DNA from: the human T2T-CHM13v2.0 reference genome, Homo sapiens
Reading direction: 5' to 3' (one strand)
Assembly (NCBI RefSeq): GCF_009914755.1
Contig: NC_060937.1
DNA length: 64,000 nt
Every line of letters starts with the position of its first letter. Position 1 is the first letter of the stretch. The notes beneath the pieces were generated by a model. That model was not told where the DNA came from. It worked only from the letters and a program-made list of their open reading frames with translations, and did not search any database. Shown one piece after another: positions 41,302 to 53,135 of this stretch. Both the position numbers and the translations under genes were made by a program.

Positions 41302-44300
41302 AGAGATGTCTTTCTATTTATGTGTGTTTTAAATTTCTTTCAATAATGTTTTGTAGTTTTCAGCCTTTTACCTTTTTGGTTATGTTTATTACTAAGAATT
41401 GTATTATTTATGATGCTGTTTTAAATGGGATTTTCTAAAAAAAACTTTTTTGGATTGTTCATTTTTAGTTTGTATAAACACAACTCATTTTTATAGCTTG
41501 CAGAATTGTTTATTAGTTCTAACATTTCACGTGCGCGCGCACACGTGTGTGTGTGTAGTCTTTAGGAGTTTCTACATGTAGCATCATGTTTTCTGAAAAC
41601 AGATAATTTTACCTCTTGCTTTTCAATTTGAATGCATTTTATTTCTTTTTCTTGTTTAATTTCTTTGGCTAGGATTGCCATCACTATGTTGGATAGAAGT
41701 GGCAAAAGTGGGCATCCTTGCTTTGTTTCCAAACTTAGAGAAAAAACTTTCCATTTCTACCACTGAGTATGAGGTTAGTTTTCACATATGGCCCTTTGTT
41801 ATATTGAGAACATTTTCTGTTATTTCTAGTTTGTCAAGTGTTTTTTTAAATCATGAAAGGCTGTTGAATTTTGTCGAATTAGTTTTCTGTATGGATTGAG
41901 ATGATCAGGTAGCTTTTGTTCTTCAATCTGTTAACATGATGTATTATATTGATTTGATTTTTTTATGTTGTACCATCTTTGCATGCCAGGAATAAGTCTC
42001 ACCTGATCATCTTGTAGTATTTTTTTTATGTGCCATTGAATTTGATTTGCTAGTATTTTGTTGAGTATTATTGCATCAATATTCAGTAGAGATATTGATC
42101 TATAGTTATCTTTTCTTGTAATATATTTGTCTGGTTTTAATACCAGGGTAATGCTTGCCTCATAAAATGAGTTTGAAAGTGCTTCCCCCTCTTTAATTGC
42201 TCGAAGAGTTTGAGAAGGATTAGTGCTAATTCTTCTTTAAATGTTTGGTAGAATTCTTCAGTGAAAGCATCAGGTCTGGGCTTTTCTTTGATGGGATTCT
42301 CTTTATTACTGATTCAATCTCCTTGCTACTTATAGGTTTGTTTAGATTTTCTGTTTCTTCATGATTCAGTCTTTGTAGGCTGCACACTTCTAGGAACTTG
42401 TCTATTTCTTCTATGTTATCTAGGTTGTCGGTGTGTGATTGTTTATAATAGTCTCTTATGATTCTGTTTATATATGTGGCATCAATTTTAATGTCTCTTC
42501 TTCCATTTCTGGTTTTATTTTTTTGAAGGTTCTTTCCTTTTTTCCTGCTTAGTCTAGTTATGAGCTTGTCAATTTTGTTTATATTTTCAAATAACCAACT
42601 CAAATCTTGTCACTTTTATAGTTAGATGTTTATGTGTGTGTATATTTTGAAGCAAAATCATGGAGGCATCTAGTAGTTCTTGTTGCACTTTTGATCATGC
42701 TTTTTAAAAATTCTCTTTTACTTTTCTTGAGAAACATCTTATGACAGGGACATGGAATTGTAAAATATAACATGCAAATGTTGAAGACAAAGTAAATGGC
42801 TGAAAGCAAACTGATGCTTGATAAAGAATATAGAGCAGCTGTGTGTGATCAGCCATGAATTAATAATAGCATACTATCTGCAACTTCAGAAAACTGCTAG
42901 TTTGCAAGTAGTTTCGGTGGATATTTTATCCTGTGGTTTCTCAAACTTATCTCAGTCAGAATTTTTTCAATCCTATGGTGACTAGCTTTATCTGAACCCA
43001 AGCCATCTCATACATGGATTATCAGTTTCCCTTCAAATTTCTTGCCATCACCATCAGTCATAACCACTAATGTTCCTTGCCATGTGTTTCCTATAGGTCA
43101 TACTTGGATTGTGTTATCTCTATAGACTCTTTAAGATCCTGTAAAGACTCTTAAAATAATTTTATCTATTTTGGACACTGCTTTCAAGCTCTTTTGTGAC
43201 ATCTCGTTTTCCAGTTTTTTTTTCAAGACTCTTATGGATCCAATTTGTCCTTTAGTCATTTCACACCCCTTTTGTAGCCTTCTTCCAGAACAAACCCTAT
43301 CATTTTTCTATTCCAAGTGTTTACTCATGATTTGGAAGTTCTGAATAGGAACTAGATTGTATGGGGCCTTGAAAGACATGGTAATAACTTTGGATTTTTT
43401 TCTATTTTTATATATCATATTACCTACAAATCCTAACATTTAGGAAGGAGTAGTTTCTGTGTCATATCAGCTCTCTCCTTATAAGGAATATAACAATAGA
43501 ACAATAGATAGAACTCTTTGAAATGGAATACAGTCTGGAAACCTTTAAGAAGGAACTACCATGTTTTATCACATTCCAATTAGGTTATATCTGGGCAGCA
43601 TCCAAAGATAATCCAGGTTTTAAAATATAAGAAGCTGAATATGCTGTTAGTCTAAGTAAAATTGCTGTTTATGATACTTGCTAAAGAAAAAATAAATGAT
43701 AAAAGCAGATGACATATTCAAATCGTTTAACCCTGGGCTCAAGCTGCATGTGTGCGTATGTTTGTGTGTATGAAAGATGGAGAAAAAGAAGACACAATTG
43801 AGTAACTGCTGCTCAGTGAACCACGAAAGACAAAGTCCATATGGAATCCAAATGTTCATAGCAAATATTCACTTTTTTGCTAAGACTGTGCTGAAAATAA
43901 AACAACAATAAATAAATTATAGTAATAATGTTAAAAATTAATTAATAATCTTATAATGATAAATTGATATATCAACACTGTTAGTAACAAAAAATATTTC
44001 TGATGCTAGTTGTCTTTCTAATTCATCTGGTAATATAATTAACTCCTAGAAAGCAGGGGCAGTGGTTTATAAATGGTAAACTACTGTGTATTTACAAGGA
44101 ATTATTTATTTTCCATAGCAATGCCTTATATATAATAGGTTCTAAACAAATGTTTTAATTATAATTAAGTGCTTTACATATCCCTAGTGTCTTAGAAATT
44201 TTTATTTAATTTAAAAACTAAATTTTATAGATTAAAATCTTTTCTTGGTTCCTGGATAATCAGCTTTATAGTTGACTGTGGATTTTGCATTTTGTGCTTA

Positions 44301-44404
44301 ATACACGTATTACTGTACTTGATACATTGATAGGTTTCATCAGTTGTTCTTGTAAATCTCTCCTTTCTTGCTTCTCGTGATATTCATATTCCTTAAGTTC
44401 TCTG

Positions 44405-44722
44405 CCTATTTTCCTCTGGGCTCCTCCCAGCCAATAACTGCATGGCAGGGATGGTAATGCAGACCTGTTCCTGACAGACAGGGCACTCTTCTGACTTTGG
44501 CTCAAAGACTCCCCTTTAGCTTGGCCAAAATATCTGTAGAACTTCACTGCAGTTTTCTTCTTACCCAGACTTCCTTCTTTCCCTCTTTTCTGCACAATGT
44601 CAGAACATAATGGTCTGCCAGCTCTCCTGGCCCCTGTGACTTCCCCTCTATTTCATCCCACAGTCTTTTCCATCAGTAGATTTCTTACACTTGGAATCTT
44701 CTCAGAGGACCTGGACTGGTAT
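44405..44722 (+). mobile_element. LTR16A/B-like ERVL LTR fragment
   Basis: TCCTCTGGGCTCCTCCCAGCCAAT...GACTTTGGCTCAAAGACTCCCC...CTTCTCAGAGGACCTGGACT. Confidence 0.7.
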
Positions 44723-46467
44723 ATATACCCACCTGGAACAGGCAGTCTAGCCATCAAAGAGCAGGAGAGAAAACTTACTCTCTCTAAGAACTCTCTTCCA
44801 AGAGAAGAAAGGGTCTGGTTGGCCAAGGCACGGCAATTTAATATTCACAAATTTACCAGGCAGATAGATGTGGAGTGAATGAAGCTAATTGAACTGTTTT
44901 CAACTAGCCAGTAATTGCACTAATTGAAGACAAAACTGGAGTACTGAAAAAGCATTCCTCAAACAGTGCAGGAGACAAATAGAGTAGGCACACACCCCAC
45001 TCTATTGATGCATGAATGCTAGAGTCTATCTGTCCCCATTTCCCATATACCTCCCTGAAGAACAAGCTCAGGATTTCACTGATAATGCCAGGATCATATT
45101 GCAGCCAAAATACCATTTAAGGTAAAGTAATAAGACATATGAGAGAGCAATCATTTTTAAAAACAAAGAAGAAAATGACATTGATTATCAGAGGGAACAA
45201 ATCTAATGGTCTAGAAATTAAAAAATGTTTAATAAGCAAAACAAATACCCTTAATGACAAGAAACAATATTAGAGATATGGAGCAGGAAAAAGTTAATAA
45301 TGAAGAACAACAAATTGGAGACATTGTGTATGAAAGATAAAATACCTTAAATGAAAAACTTAGAAGGTTAAATGGCAAAATTAATATCATTGAAGAATGA
45401 ATATGTAGGCTGGTAAATAAAATCAAGAAATTGAAGGGATTATAGGGTTGTACAGAGGTGGGAAGTATGAGGAAAAAGTTAAGATGAATAAATAATAAGA
45501 TGAAAATTATAATAGATTTCCAAAATGACAAAAATGCTGGTTAAAATATTTTGGAATATAATACAGAAATTATCTAAAATAAAAGAATACATAGTCCCAA
45601 GCTTGAGTATCAATAAGGATAATCAAGAACATATTATAGTAAAATTATGAGTCTTGAAAAGAAATAGAAATTCAGACAGTTTCCCACAAAATCCTCTACA
45701 TTCTTGTCACCTCCCCACCCAACTTGAAAGTACTTTCAAAAGAAATACTCTAGGAAGAAGAGGTATAAATCCAGGAGAAATTAACAAGATATGGGAAGTA
45801 AGAGATAACATTAAAAATTTACTATTATATGAATTAAAAATTATAGAAAAAACAAAGAAGGAGAAGAAATATCTAAATCACTACAAAATGAGAAATTTCG
45901 ATGATACCAATGTGGTGTGAGATGAGGGAGAGAGGAACAAAAATAGATGTGAGTGAGACCATGCTGTGGTATTTATGTGGTTCAGGAGCAATACATAGAT
46001 ATTGATAAGCTCAATAAATTGAAAAAAACCTTAAATGTGGTCCTTAATGAATATATATGAGAGATCAGAAGATTACAAGTAGAATACAAAATTTTCAAAT
46101 GACGGAATTTAACAAATATCTTAAGATACAATAAATAGAAAATAGAAAACAGTTTGGTAAAATAAACTTTATCATAGCAAAGTGGCCCTCAGTAAAAGTG
46201 TGAAATCTAATGTTTTGGTTTTTAAAACAGTTCCAGAAATATAATGTTGTATTTTTAAAAATAAGATAATAGGATACTGAAAAGTTGAAAATAATGAAAA
46301 AGATGTACTTACCACCAAATTATACCCCAAATACATCCAGGGTAGCAAAGTAGCATTTTTAGAAAACCCAGACAACATAGATTTTACGGGAGAAAGTATC
46401 ATATGAGGTAGAAAAGAATGTTATACTTTTGTCAAAGGCACAATAAAATAAGATAAGATATCAAAGT

Positions 46468-47526
46468 TGGGATAGGCAGAATTTTAAGATAATCCCCCCA
46501 ATGACCCACTCTTATAAAATCCCTTCTCCTTGAGTGTTGTCAGGCCCTGTAATTTCTTTCTAATTAATGGAATATGACAAAGATTAAGGGATTGTGCAGG
46601 TGCAATTAAGGCCCAAAATAAGCTGACTTTAATCAAAAGGGAGATCATTCTGGGTACGTCTGACCAAACAGGTTAACCCATCCAAAGAAGTCTCCTACCT
46701 TCTATGAATACAGAGGTTCCAACTAGCAGCCTCACTCTTTCTCTGTCAGTCTCTCTTTCCTTTGCTAGCTTTGAAGAAACAGTTTGAGCTGAATTCTATA
46801 GTCATAAGAAAATGCAATTCACCAAGGTCCCTAGGTATCTTGGAAGCAGATTGTTCTCTAGTCAAACCTCCAAATGAGAATGTGGCCTGACCATCATCGT
46901 CATTTCAATAGTCTTGTAAGATCCTGAGTAGAGAACCTGGCTAAGTTATGCCTGGATTCCTGACCCACCTAATAAATATATATTGTTTTAAGCCAATAAA
47001 TATGTGGTAGTTTCTAATGCATTGTGAGGGTTACTGTTAGGTGTCTACTTGGTTGGATTGAGGAATGCCTAGATGGCTGGTAAGTATTGTTTCTGAGTGT
47101 GTCTGTGAAGATGTTGCCAGAGGAGACTGACATTTGAGTTGGTGGACTGGGAGAAGAAGACCCACTCTCAGTGTGGCAGGACACCATCCAATTGACTGCC
47201 AGTGCAGCTGGAACAAGGCAGGCAGAAGAAGGAGGGTTAACTTTGTTGTGCTGAGGCTTTTGGCTCTTTTCTTCTTCCTGTGTTGGATGCTTGATTACAC
47301 TTCTTCTGCCCTTGGACATCAGACTCCAGGTTCTTTAGCCTTTGGCCTCTGACACTTGCACCAGTGGCTTGGCAGGGCATGCAGGCCTTCCTATATACAT
47401 ATAGATAGATATGTATGTGTGTGTGTGTGTGTATGTGTACATATGTATGTATGTAAAAAATCTCCTATTGATTCTGTCCCTCTGGAGAACCCTGATTAAT
47501 AAATGCACTAATAGATAACCATGACA
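46468..47526 (+). mobile_element. MLT1E-like MaLR LTR (46468-47022 and 47504-47526), split by MLT2
   Basis: TAGGCAGAATTTTAAGAT...TCCCTTCTCCTTGAGTGT...ATCAAAAGGGAGATCATTCTGGG...TTGTTTTAAGCC. Its terminal AATAGATAACCATGACA lies after the MLT2. Confidence 0.75.
47023..47503 (+). mobile_element. MLT2A2/MLT2B (HERV-L) solo LTR with internal (TA/TG)n
   Basis: TGTGAGGGTTACTGTTAGGTGTCTACTTGGTTGGATTGAGG...TCCTATTGATTCTGTCCCTCTGGAGAACCCTGATTAATA. Flanks TGCAT/TGCAC. Confidence 0.88.
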
Positions 47527-47729
47527 AAAATTGAACATATATGCACCAAATGTTATACTTTTAAATACATAATGCAATAATTGACAGAAATATAGGGAGA
47601 AATGGATAAATCAAGAATGGATGTGAAGAGTTTCGACATGCTCTTCTCAGAAAATAATAAATAAAAAATTTAAAATACAAGCAAAACTATTAAATATTTA
47701 AATATTATCAACAAACTCTAATATATATT

Positions 47730-48048
47730 TAGGGCATGATCTTTTATCTCAAATCCACAAGACCAGATGAATTTCAAAATTTAGATTTTTGTGATATAAA
47801 ATTAATATAATTCTTATGTTATATACAATACACCATCCTTGATGAGATACAGCATAGGACTTCATAATCAAATATTAGTATTTCTACAGCTAAAGAAGTA
47901 GTAAATAAAGACATGAAATAATGGCATCAGTTCAATATAGGTTTTTATCACTAAATCCATATAGGTTAGATTTCCTCACCAAATGAGTTACAAAAACCTT
48001 AATTTTGGAGCTTTTTGAGTTTTAGAATTGCAAATAAGGGGTTGCAAT
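47730..48048 (+). mobile_element. MER46C-like Tigger fossil
   Basis: CCAGATGAATTTCAAAATTTAG...CCAAATGAGTTACAAAAAC...GAGCTTTTTGAG...GAATTGCAAATAAGGGG. Confidence 0.65.
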
Positions 48049-48361
48049 TAATGAAAATTGGCCTTGTGTTAGGCTTTTAAAAAAATCTTCACTTTTAAAA
48101 AAAGGTCTAAGGAGTCAGCACCAAAGAGACCATGTTTTCTGATCTCAGTGAAATAAAAGTTGAAGTCAGTAACGAAAGTATATCTTTTAAAAACCTCAAC
48201 ATACTCCTATGCCTAGAAAGAAAACAAAATAGTAAATAACCCTTCAGAAGAATAGGAAATTATAAAATATATATGGAATGCACCATAAAAGTACTTATGA
48301 GTATATTTATTACTTCAAATGTATTTATAACAATGTAAATAAATTGAAAAATAAGCTAAGA

Positions 48362-48363
<2 letters not shown>

Positions 48364-48398
<35 letters not shown>
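48364..48398. repeat. (CA)n microsatellite, about 17 units
   Basis: Uninterrupted CA run. Confidence 0.95.
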
Positions 48399-48401
<3 letters not shown>

Positions 48402-49009
48402 AGAAGGGCCACAGATGAAAAAGGAGAGAACAATACAAATGACGACACAACAATCAGAGCAGCATGTGCTTTTACTGAAGGGGGCGTGGAAAATCAACTT
48501 CTCACTCCATCCCTCTGACACTGTCCCAGGAGGGAAACTGGAGCATCACCTGTTTCTGCCTGGTGAGGATGAAAGGATAGCTGCCTGGCTGGCTGTGCCA
48601 ACAATACCTGGAAGGGGAGTCAGGACACTCCTGCTTCTCCAGGAGGGGAAGGGGTGGGATGGGAGATTTGCTCTTTGCTTTGGTGAGAATTCCATTTTCC
48701 ACAAGGTTGGGGCATGAAGTGTAAAATCAGCTCCCTACTGGGCCTGCTGAACCTGTGATAGGTGAGTGGGAGGAAGCGGTTTTCTCATTGCTGTGTGTGG
48801 CTAGAGTAGGGAAGGTATTGCCACAAGGTTTTCTGCTGTTAGGCTTCCTGTTTCCCAGTTCCTTGGCTAGCAGAAACAGGTTTTCTTGGGGATTATCTGG
48901 TCAGTCTGTTGCCAGTTCTTGTTTGGAAGCTGCTATAGCACCTCTTCCAGGATGCATGGGAGGCTGCAAGAAATCCAGAAAACTTGACCCTCAAGTACTG
49001 GGGTCCCTA

Positions 49010-50029
49010 TGTGTCCGGAATTGGTTCCTTCCGGTGGGTTCTTGGTCTCACTGACTTCAAGAATGAAGCCACAGACACTCGTGGTGAGTGTTACAGTTCT
49101 TAAAGATGGTGTGTCCGGCGTTTGTTCCTTCAGATGTTCAGACGTGTCCAGAGTTTCTCCCTTCTGGTGGGTTCATGGTCTTGCTGACTTCAGAAGTGAA
49201 GCCACAGACCTCTGCAGTGAGTGTTACAGCTCTTAAAGGTGGCGCATCTGGAGTTGTTTGTTCCTCCCAGTAGGTTCGTGGTCTTGCTGACTTCAGGAGT
49301 GAAGCTGCAGACCTTCGCGGTGAGTGTTATAGCTCATAAAGGTGGCGCGTCTGGAGTTGTTCGTTCCTCTGATGGGTTCATGGTCTTGCTGACTTCAGGA
49401 GTGAAGCCACAGACCTTTGCAGTGAGTGTTACAGCTCTTAAAGGTGGTGCATCCAGAGTTGTTTGTTCCTCCCAGTGGGTTGGTGGTCTCGCTGACTTCA
49501 GGAGTGAAGCTGCAGACCCTGCGGTGTTACAGCTCATAAAGGTAGTGCAGACCCAAACAGTGAGCAGCAGCAAGATTTATTGTGAACAGTGAAAGAACAA
49601 AGCTCGCACAGAGTAGAAGGGGATCCCAGTGGGTTGCTGCTACTGGCTTGGGTGGCCAGCTTTTATTCCCATATTTGGCCCCAGCCACCTCCTGCTGATT
49701 GGTCCATTTTACAGGGCACTGATTGGTCCATCTTACAGAGGGCTGATTGGTCCATTTTTACAGAGTGCTGATTGGTGCGTTTACAAACCTTTAGCTAGAC
49801 ACAGAGTGCTGACTGGTGCATTTTTACAGAGTGCTGATTGGTGCGTTTACAAACCTTTAGCTAGACACAGAGCGCTGATTAGTGGGTTTTTACAGAGTGC
49901 TGACTGGTGCATTTACAAACCTTTAGCTAGACACAGAGCGCTTATTGGTGTGTTTACAAACCTTTAGCTAGACAGAAAAGCTCTCCAAGACCCCACCTGA
50001 CCCAGAAGCTCAGCTGACTTCACCTCTCA
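49010..50029 (-). mobile_element. LTR12 family (ERV9/HERV9) solo LTR
   Basis: Ends TGTGTCCGGAATTGG... and ...CAGCTGACTTCACCTCTCA. 4-bp TSD CCTA. Tandem GCTGATTGG...TTTACAAACCTTTAGCTAGACACAGAG repeats and ~102-bp U5 repeats. Confidence 0.95.
49660..49950 (-). promoter_or_regulatory. LTR12 U3 promoter/enhancer: six CCAAT (NF-Y) boxes and an AATAAA-type TATA element
   Basis: GATTGG at 49697, 49721, 49745, 49770 and 49836, and ATTGG at 49944. TTTTATTCC at 49661. Activity at this locus is not shown by sequence. Confidence 0.6.
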
Positions 50030-50486
50030 CCTAGATGGTCAATCTTTATTTGCCTACCTTTCAGGGTCTTCCTAAGCTTGCTTGTGTTTGTCCAGGGATT
50101 TTAGTTGCAAGACGAAGGATCTGGGAGGAATGAGGCTAGTCTGTCTTGGAGAACTGGAAGTTTCCTAAGCACTGTGATTTTTATTGTTGAGACATGCGAA
50201 TGGTCACCTCATTCCCTTTTCTTTGGTACATACTGTTGGAGAAGAGGTTTCAAGATCATGTTGACCTATTGATTTTTCAAATGAGATTTTAGCAGTGTTG
50301 CTTCCAGTTCCTGCTATCTCCAGAACCCAAAGATGATTCCAATAAAGAAGGGGACTCTTTTGGAAACAAACGCAGCAGTTACGCTGTACTTAAACCTACC
50401 CCTGCTCCCTCTGGTTCCTTCTTACCTTGGAGTGAATTATTTCAAGAGGCTTCTCAACTATCATGCAATGGGACTTATCTGCCTAG

Positions 50487-50736
50487 CACGGGGTTTCTGA
50501 GCCTTAGCACCATTGATGTTTTGGACCAGATAATTCTTTGCTGAGGGGTATGTCCTGAATATTATGGGATATTTAGCGGCATCCCTGCCTCTACCCCTAG
50601 GTGGCAGTAGCAATGCCGCCCTCCAAACCTCCCCCACCACGCCTCCTATCCCCTATCCCCCACCCTGCAGTTGTAACAGCCAAAAAGTTTCCAGATGTTT
50701 ACAAATGTTGGCAAAATTACTGAATGAGAACCACTG
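50487..50736. mobile_element. MER20 (hAT-Charlie) DNA transposon fossil
   Basis: GGTTTCTGAGCCTTAGCACCATTGATGTTTTGGACCAGATAATTCTTTG...TGAGAACCACTG. Confidence 0.85.
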
Positions 50737-52168
50737 GTTTAGCCCATTTGCCAGATACAGCCAACGTGTCAGAATATTATTTGAGTTCAAGGCATTGTCT
50801 CTCTTTAATGAATTCTGCAAGTAATAAAAACTCACTTCTACTTTTATCTTGCACATGTATTCTTACTGATTTGGGTAGAGGCAGAATGTGATTATTTACA
50901 ACAACCCATCTTTATTTTTTGTAGAAAAGGCACTGTTGTGACTGTGATTAAGTTGTTTTAAAAAGTAATTCAATAAATGTAGTGCTCACTGTGTGCAGAA
51001 TAGAAGGAATGGTTTTGGTACCCAAGAGCACATTCACAGATAATTCCTTGGGGAAGATTTTCCTGGAGAAGTGTATGCAGCCTGGGAGTTAGTGAAAAGA
51101 AGAATCTGTTTCATTAGGGGTAGACCTAATTGAAGAAGAAAATGGAAGAAAATAGAAAATTTTATTTCTTTTGTTGTTTTCATTGAGTTTCTTCTCCATG
51201 CCCAGTATATGCACCAGATGGAAAGAGGAGATTTGTGTCCAATACTGTAGCTTGATTCCTGGGAACCCCAGAGGCCTCTCTAGTAATCCCTCCTGCCTTT
51301 GCTGTTTTCTTTGTAAATTGAATTTTTTTTAATACTTCGAAAGTTTTTTGTGGATTTCATTTTATCCTCCAAAGAATTCTCTGCATACTTATCAGGTATC
51401 CTAAAACACAACATCATTCTAAATCAATGTGCTTAAATTGAATAAAAGACAATATGCTTAAAATGAATATGAAGCCATAAATACAAGTCATTCTAAAATG
51501 ACATGCCTAAATTGATTTTTAAAATGAAACACAACATATTAAAGCACAGTTTGCACATTCTGTACCCTAGAACAAAACTCAGGGCAGAGGCTTAGGCACC
51601 TAACAAGCTCTGATGAATGGTAGCTCAGTTTGACGGGACAAATAGCTCCATTTGACAATGACGTTTGGCAATGTAGGTTATTCAGTAGCCCAGGTAGCAG
51701 ACTGTCTGATATTTCTAAGCAGACAGGCAGGACAAAATTGTGCTGAGGATCTTGACATCAAGCAAAATCAGGCAAGGTCCCTGTAGGAACTGTCACATAA
51801 CAAATGTAGGATGCATGAACTTGGATTAGCTCCTGGTGGGATGAGAAGATGAAAATAGCAAGATGTTGGAGTAATGGGGTAATAGATAGATTGTAAGGCA
51901 AGGTAGCTTCTTTAGAGAAGCCAAGAGCAATAGCCTATGAAGGAAACAAAGTGGGATGTTATTCTGGAAGCCAAGTAAAACACCCATTATTAAAACCGTG
52001 TGATTAAAGTCAGCCTATTACTGACTCTTGAGTTATTGAGCTAGAATTTCTTAACTTCTCTACATCTTATTCAAAATTGGATTACTGTTAGGTCCTGAAT
52101 CAATCAGTACTGAGCTTGTAGTCAAGGGTCATATCACCCCAACCACAGAAGGAGAATTCTAGAAGACT

Positions 52169-52948
52169 TGTCGAAGAAAAATTGCAAAGGACAAGTTAAC
52201 CAGGCCAGGAGGGCTTTATTCAAGACTATTGCAATAGGGGGAACTAAACTCTATTGAAACAAAAGGAAAACTAACATAGGAACAGGAAACCAAATACTGT
52301 GTGTTCTCACTTATAGATGGGAGCTAAATGATGAGAACACATGGACACAAAAAGGGGAACAACAGACACTGGGGCCTACATGAGGCTAGAGGGTGGGAGG
52401 AGGGAGAGGAGCAGAAAAAAGAACTGTTGAGTACTAGGCTTAGCACCTGGGTCACAAAATGATCTGTACAATGAACTCCTGTGACATGAGTTTACCTATA
52501 TAACACGCCTGCGTATGTGACCCTGAACCTAAAATAAAAATAATCACAATAAAAAGAAACTAAAGGCAAGAGAATTTTCCAGCTCTGGGGTGGGTTAGTG
52601 GAAAAGTCCCGGATGACATCAGGAGGGAGGCAGTCAATGTGGTTATCTGTGTTTGCTAATCATTGCTTATTGAAGTTAGGCTCCGGAGACTAGGGCCCTA
52701 TCATTATTGATGATTACATTTCAAAAGGATGGCCTTCAGGTCCTTGAGGAAGACATTCCTGGCTTGTAAAACTGGCAAGTGGCTAGAAGAAGATTTACAT
52801 GTCAAAAGGGCATAGAAAGAATTTATACATTGCAAGTTTTCTTAAAGTAAACACTTTTAAGAAAAGGGAGGTCAGGGGCCAATAGTCAGAAAGAAATCTG
52901 TCTAAAAGTTTAGTCAAACTAAGGGAAACATTAAGGTCATCTTGGTCA
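52169..52948 (-). mobile_element. MER31-like ERV1 solo LTR, split by an L1PA 3' end
   Basis: The minus strand starts TGACCAAGATGACCTTAATGTTTCCCTTAGTTTGACTAAACTTTTAGACAG...CCCTGACCTCCCTTTTCTT. Confidence 0.8.
52267..52555 (+). mobile_element. L1PA15/16-like 3' end
   Basis: GTGTTCTCACTTATAGATGGGAGCTAAATGATGAGAACACATGG...CCCTGAACCTAAAATAAAA. TSD GAAACAAAAGG / GAAACTAAAGG. Confidence 0.88.
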
Positions 52949-52994
52949 GAGTAACAGTGGGATGGAGAGAGGAACACCCTATTATAATACTGAA

Positions 52995-53135
52995 CAGGAA
53001 TCTTGTGAAGTAGATATTTTTATTGCTTTTTTTAGACAGAGAAATTAAGTTTTAGAGAGATTAAGAACCTTAAGTTATATAACCAGTCAGTAGAGCAGTC
53101 AGTATTTGAAACCAAGTGTCTCAGCTTTTACTGTA
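52995..53135 (-). mobile_element. MIR fragment
   Basis: AATCTTGTGAAGTAGATATT...TTTTAGACAGAGAAATTAAG...ATTTGAAACCAAGTG. Confidence 0.6.

Larger units (their letters stand above)
45100..48360 (+). mobile_element. Ancient L1M/HAL1-like ORF1-ORF2 remnant hosting MLT1E, MLT2 and MER46C
   Basis: A-rich decayed ORF1-like text. Endonuclease-like AACATATATGCACCAAAT resumes after 47526. Confidence 0.55.
48500..50162 (-). mobile_element. L1MC-type 5'UTR fragment, split by LTR12
   Basis: CCAGGGATTTTAGTTGC...GGGAGGAATGAGG...GTCTTGGAGAACTGGAAGT resembles the L1MCa 5' terminus on the minus strand. Confidence 0.5.

Noticed and set aside
44266-44595. 109-aa ORF with a charged, protein-like C-terminal half
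   Set aside because: Its N-terminal half is antisense LTR16, and I recognise no homologue for the rest. A tblastn or PhyloCSF hit would be needed.
49009-49967. Repetitive ORFs up to 123 aa
   Set aside because: They arise from LTR12 internal tandem repeats.
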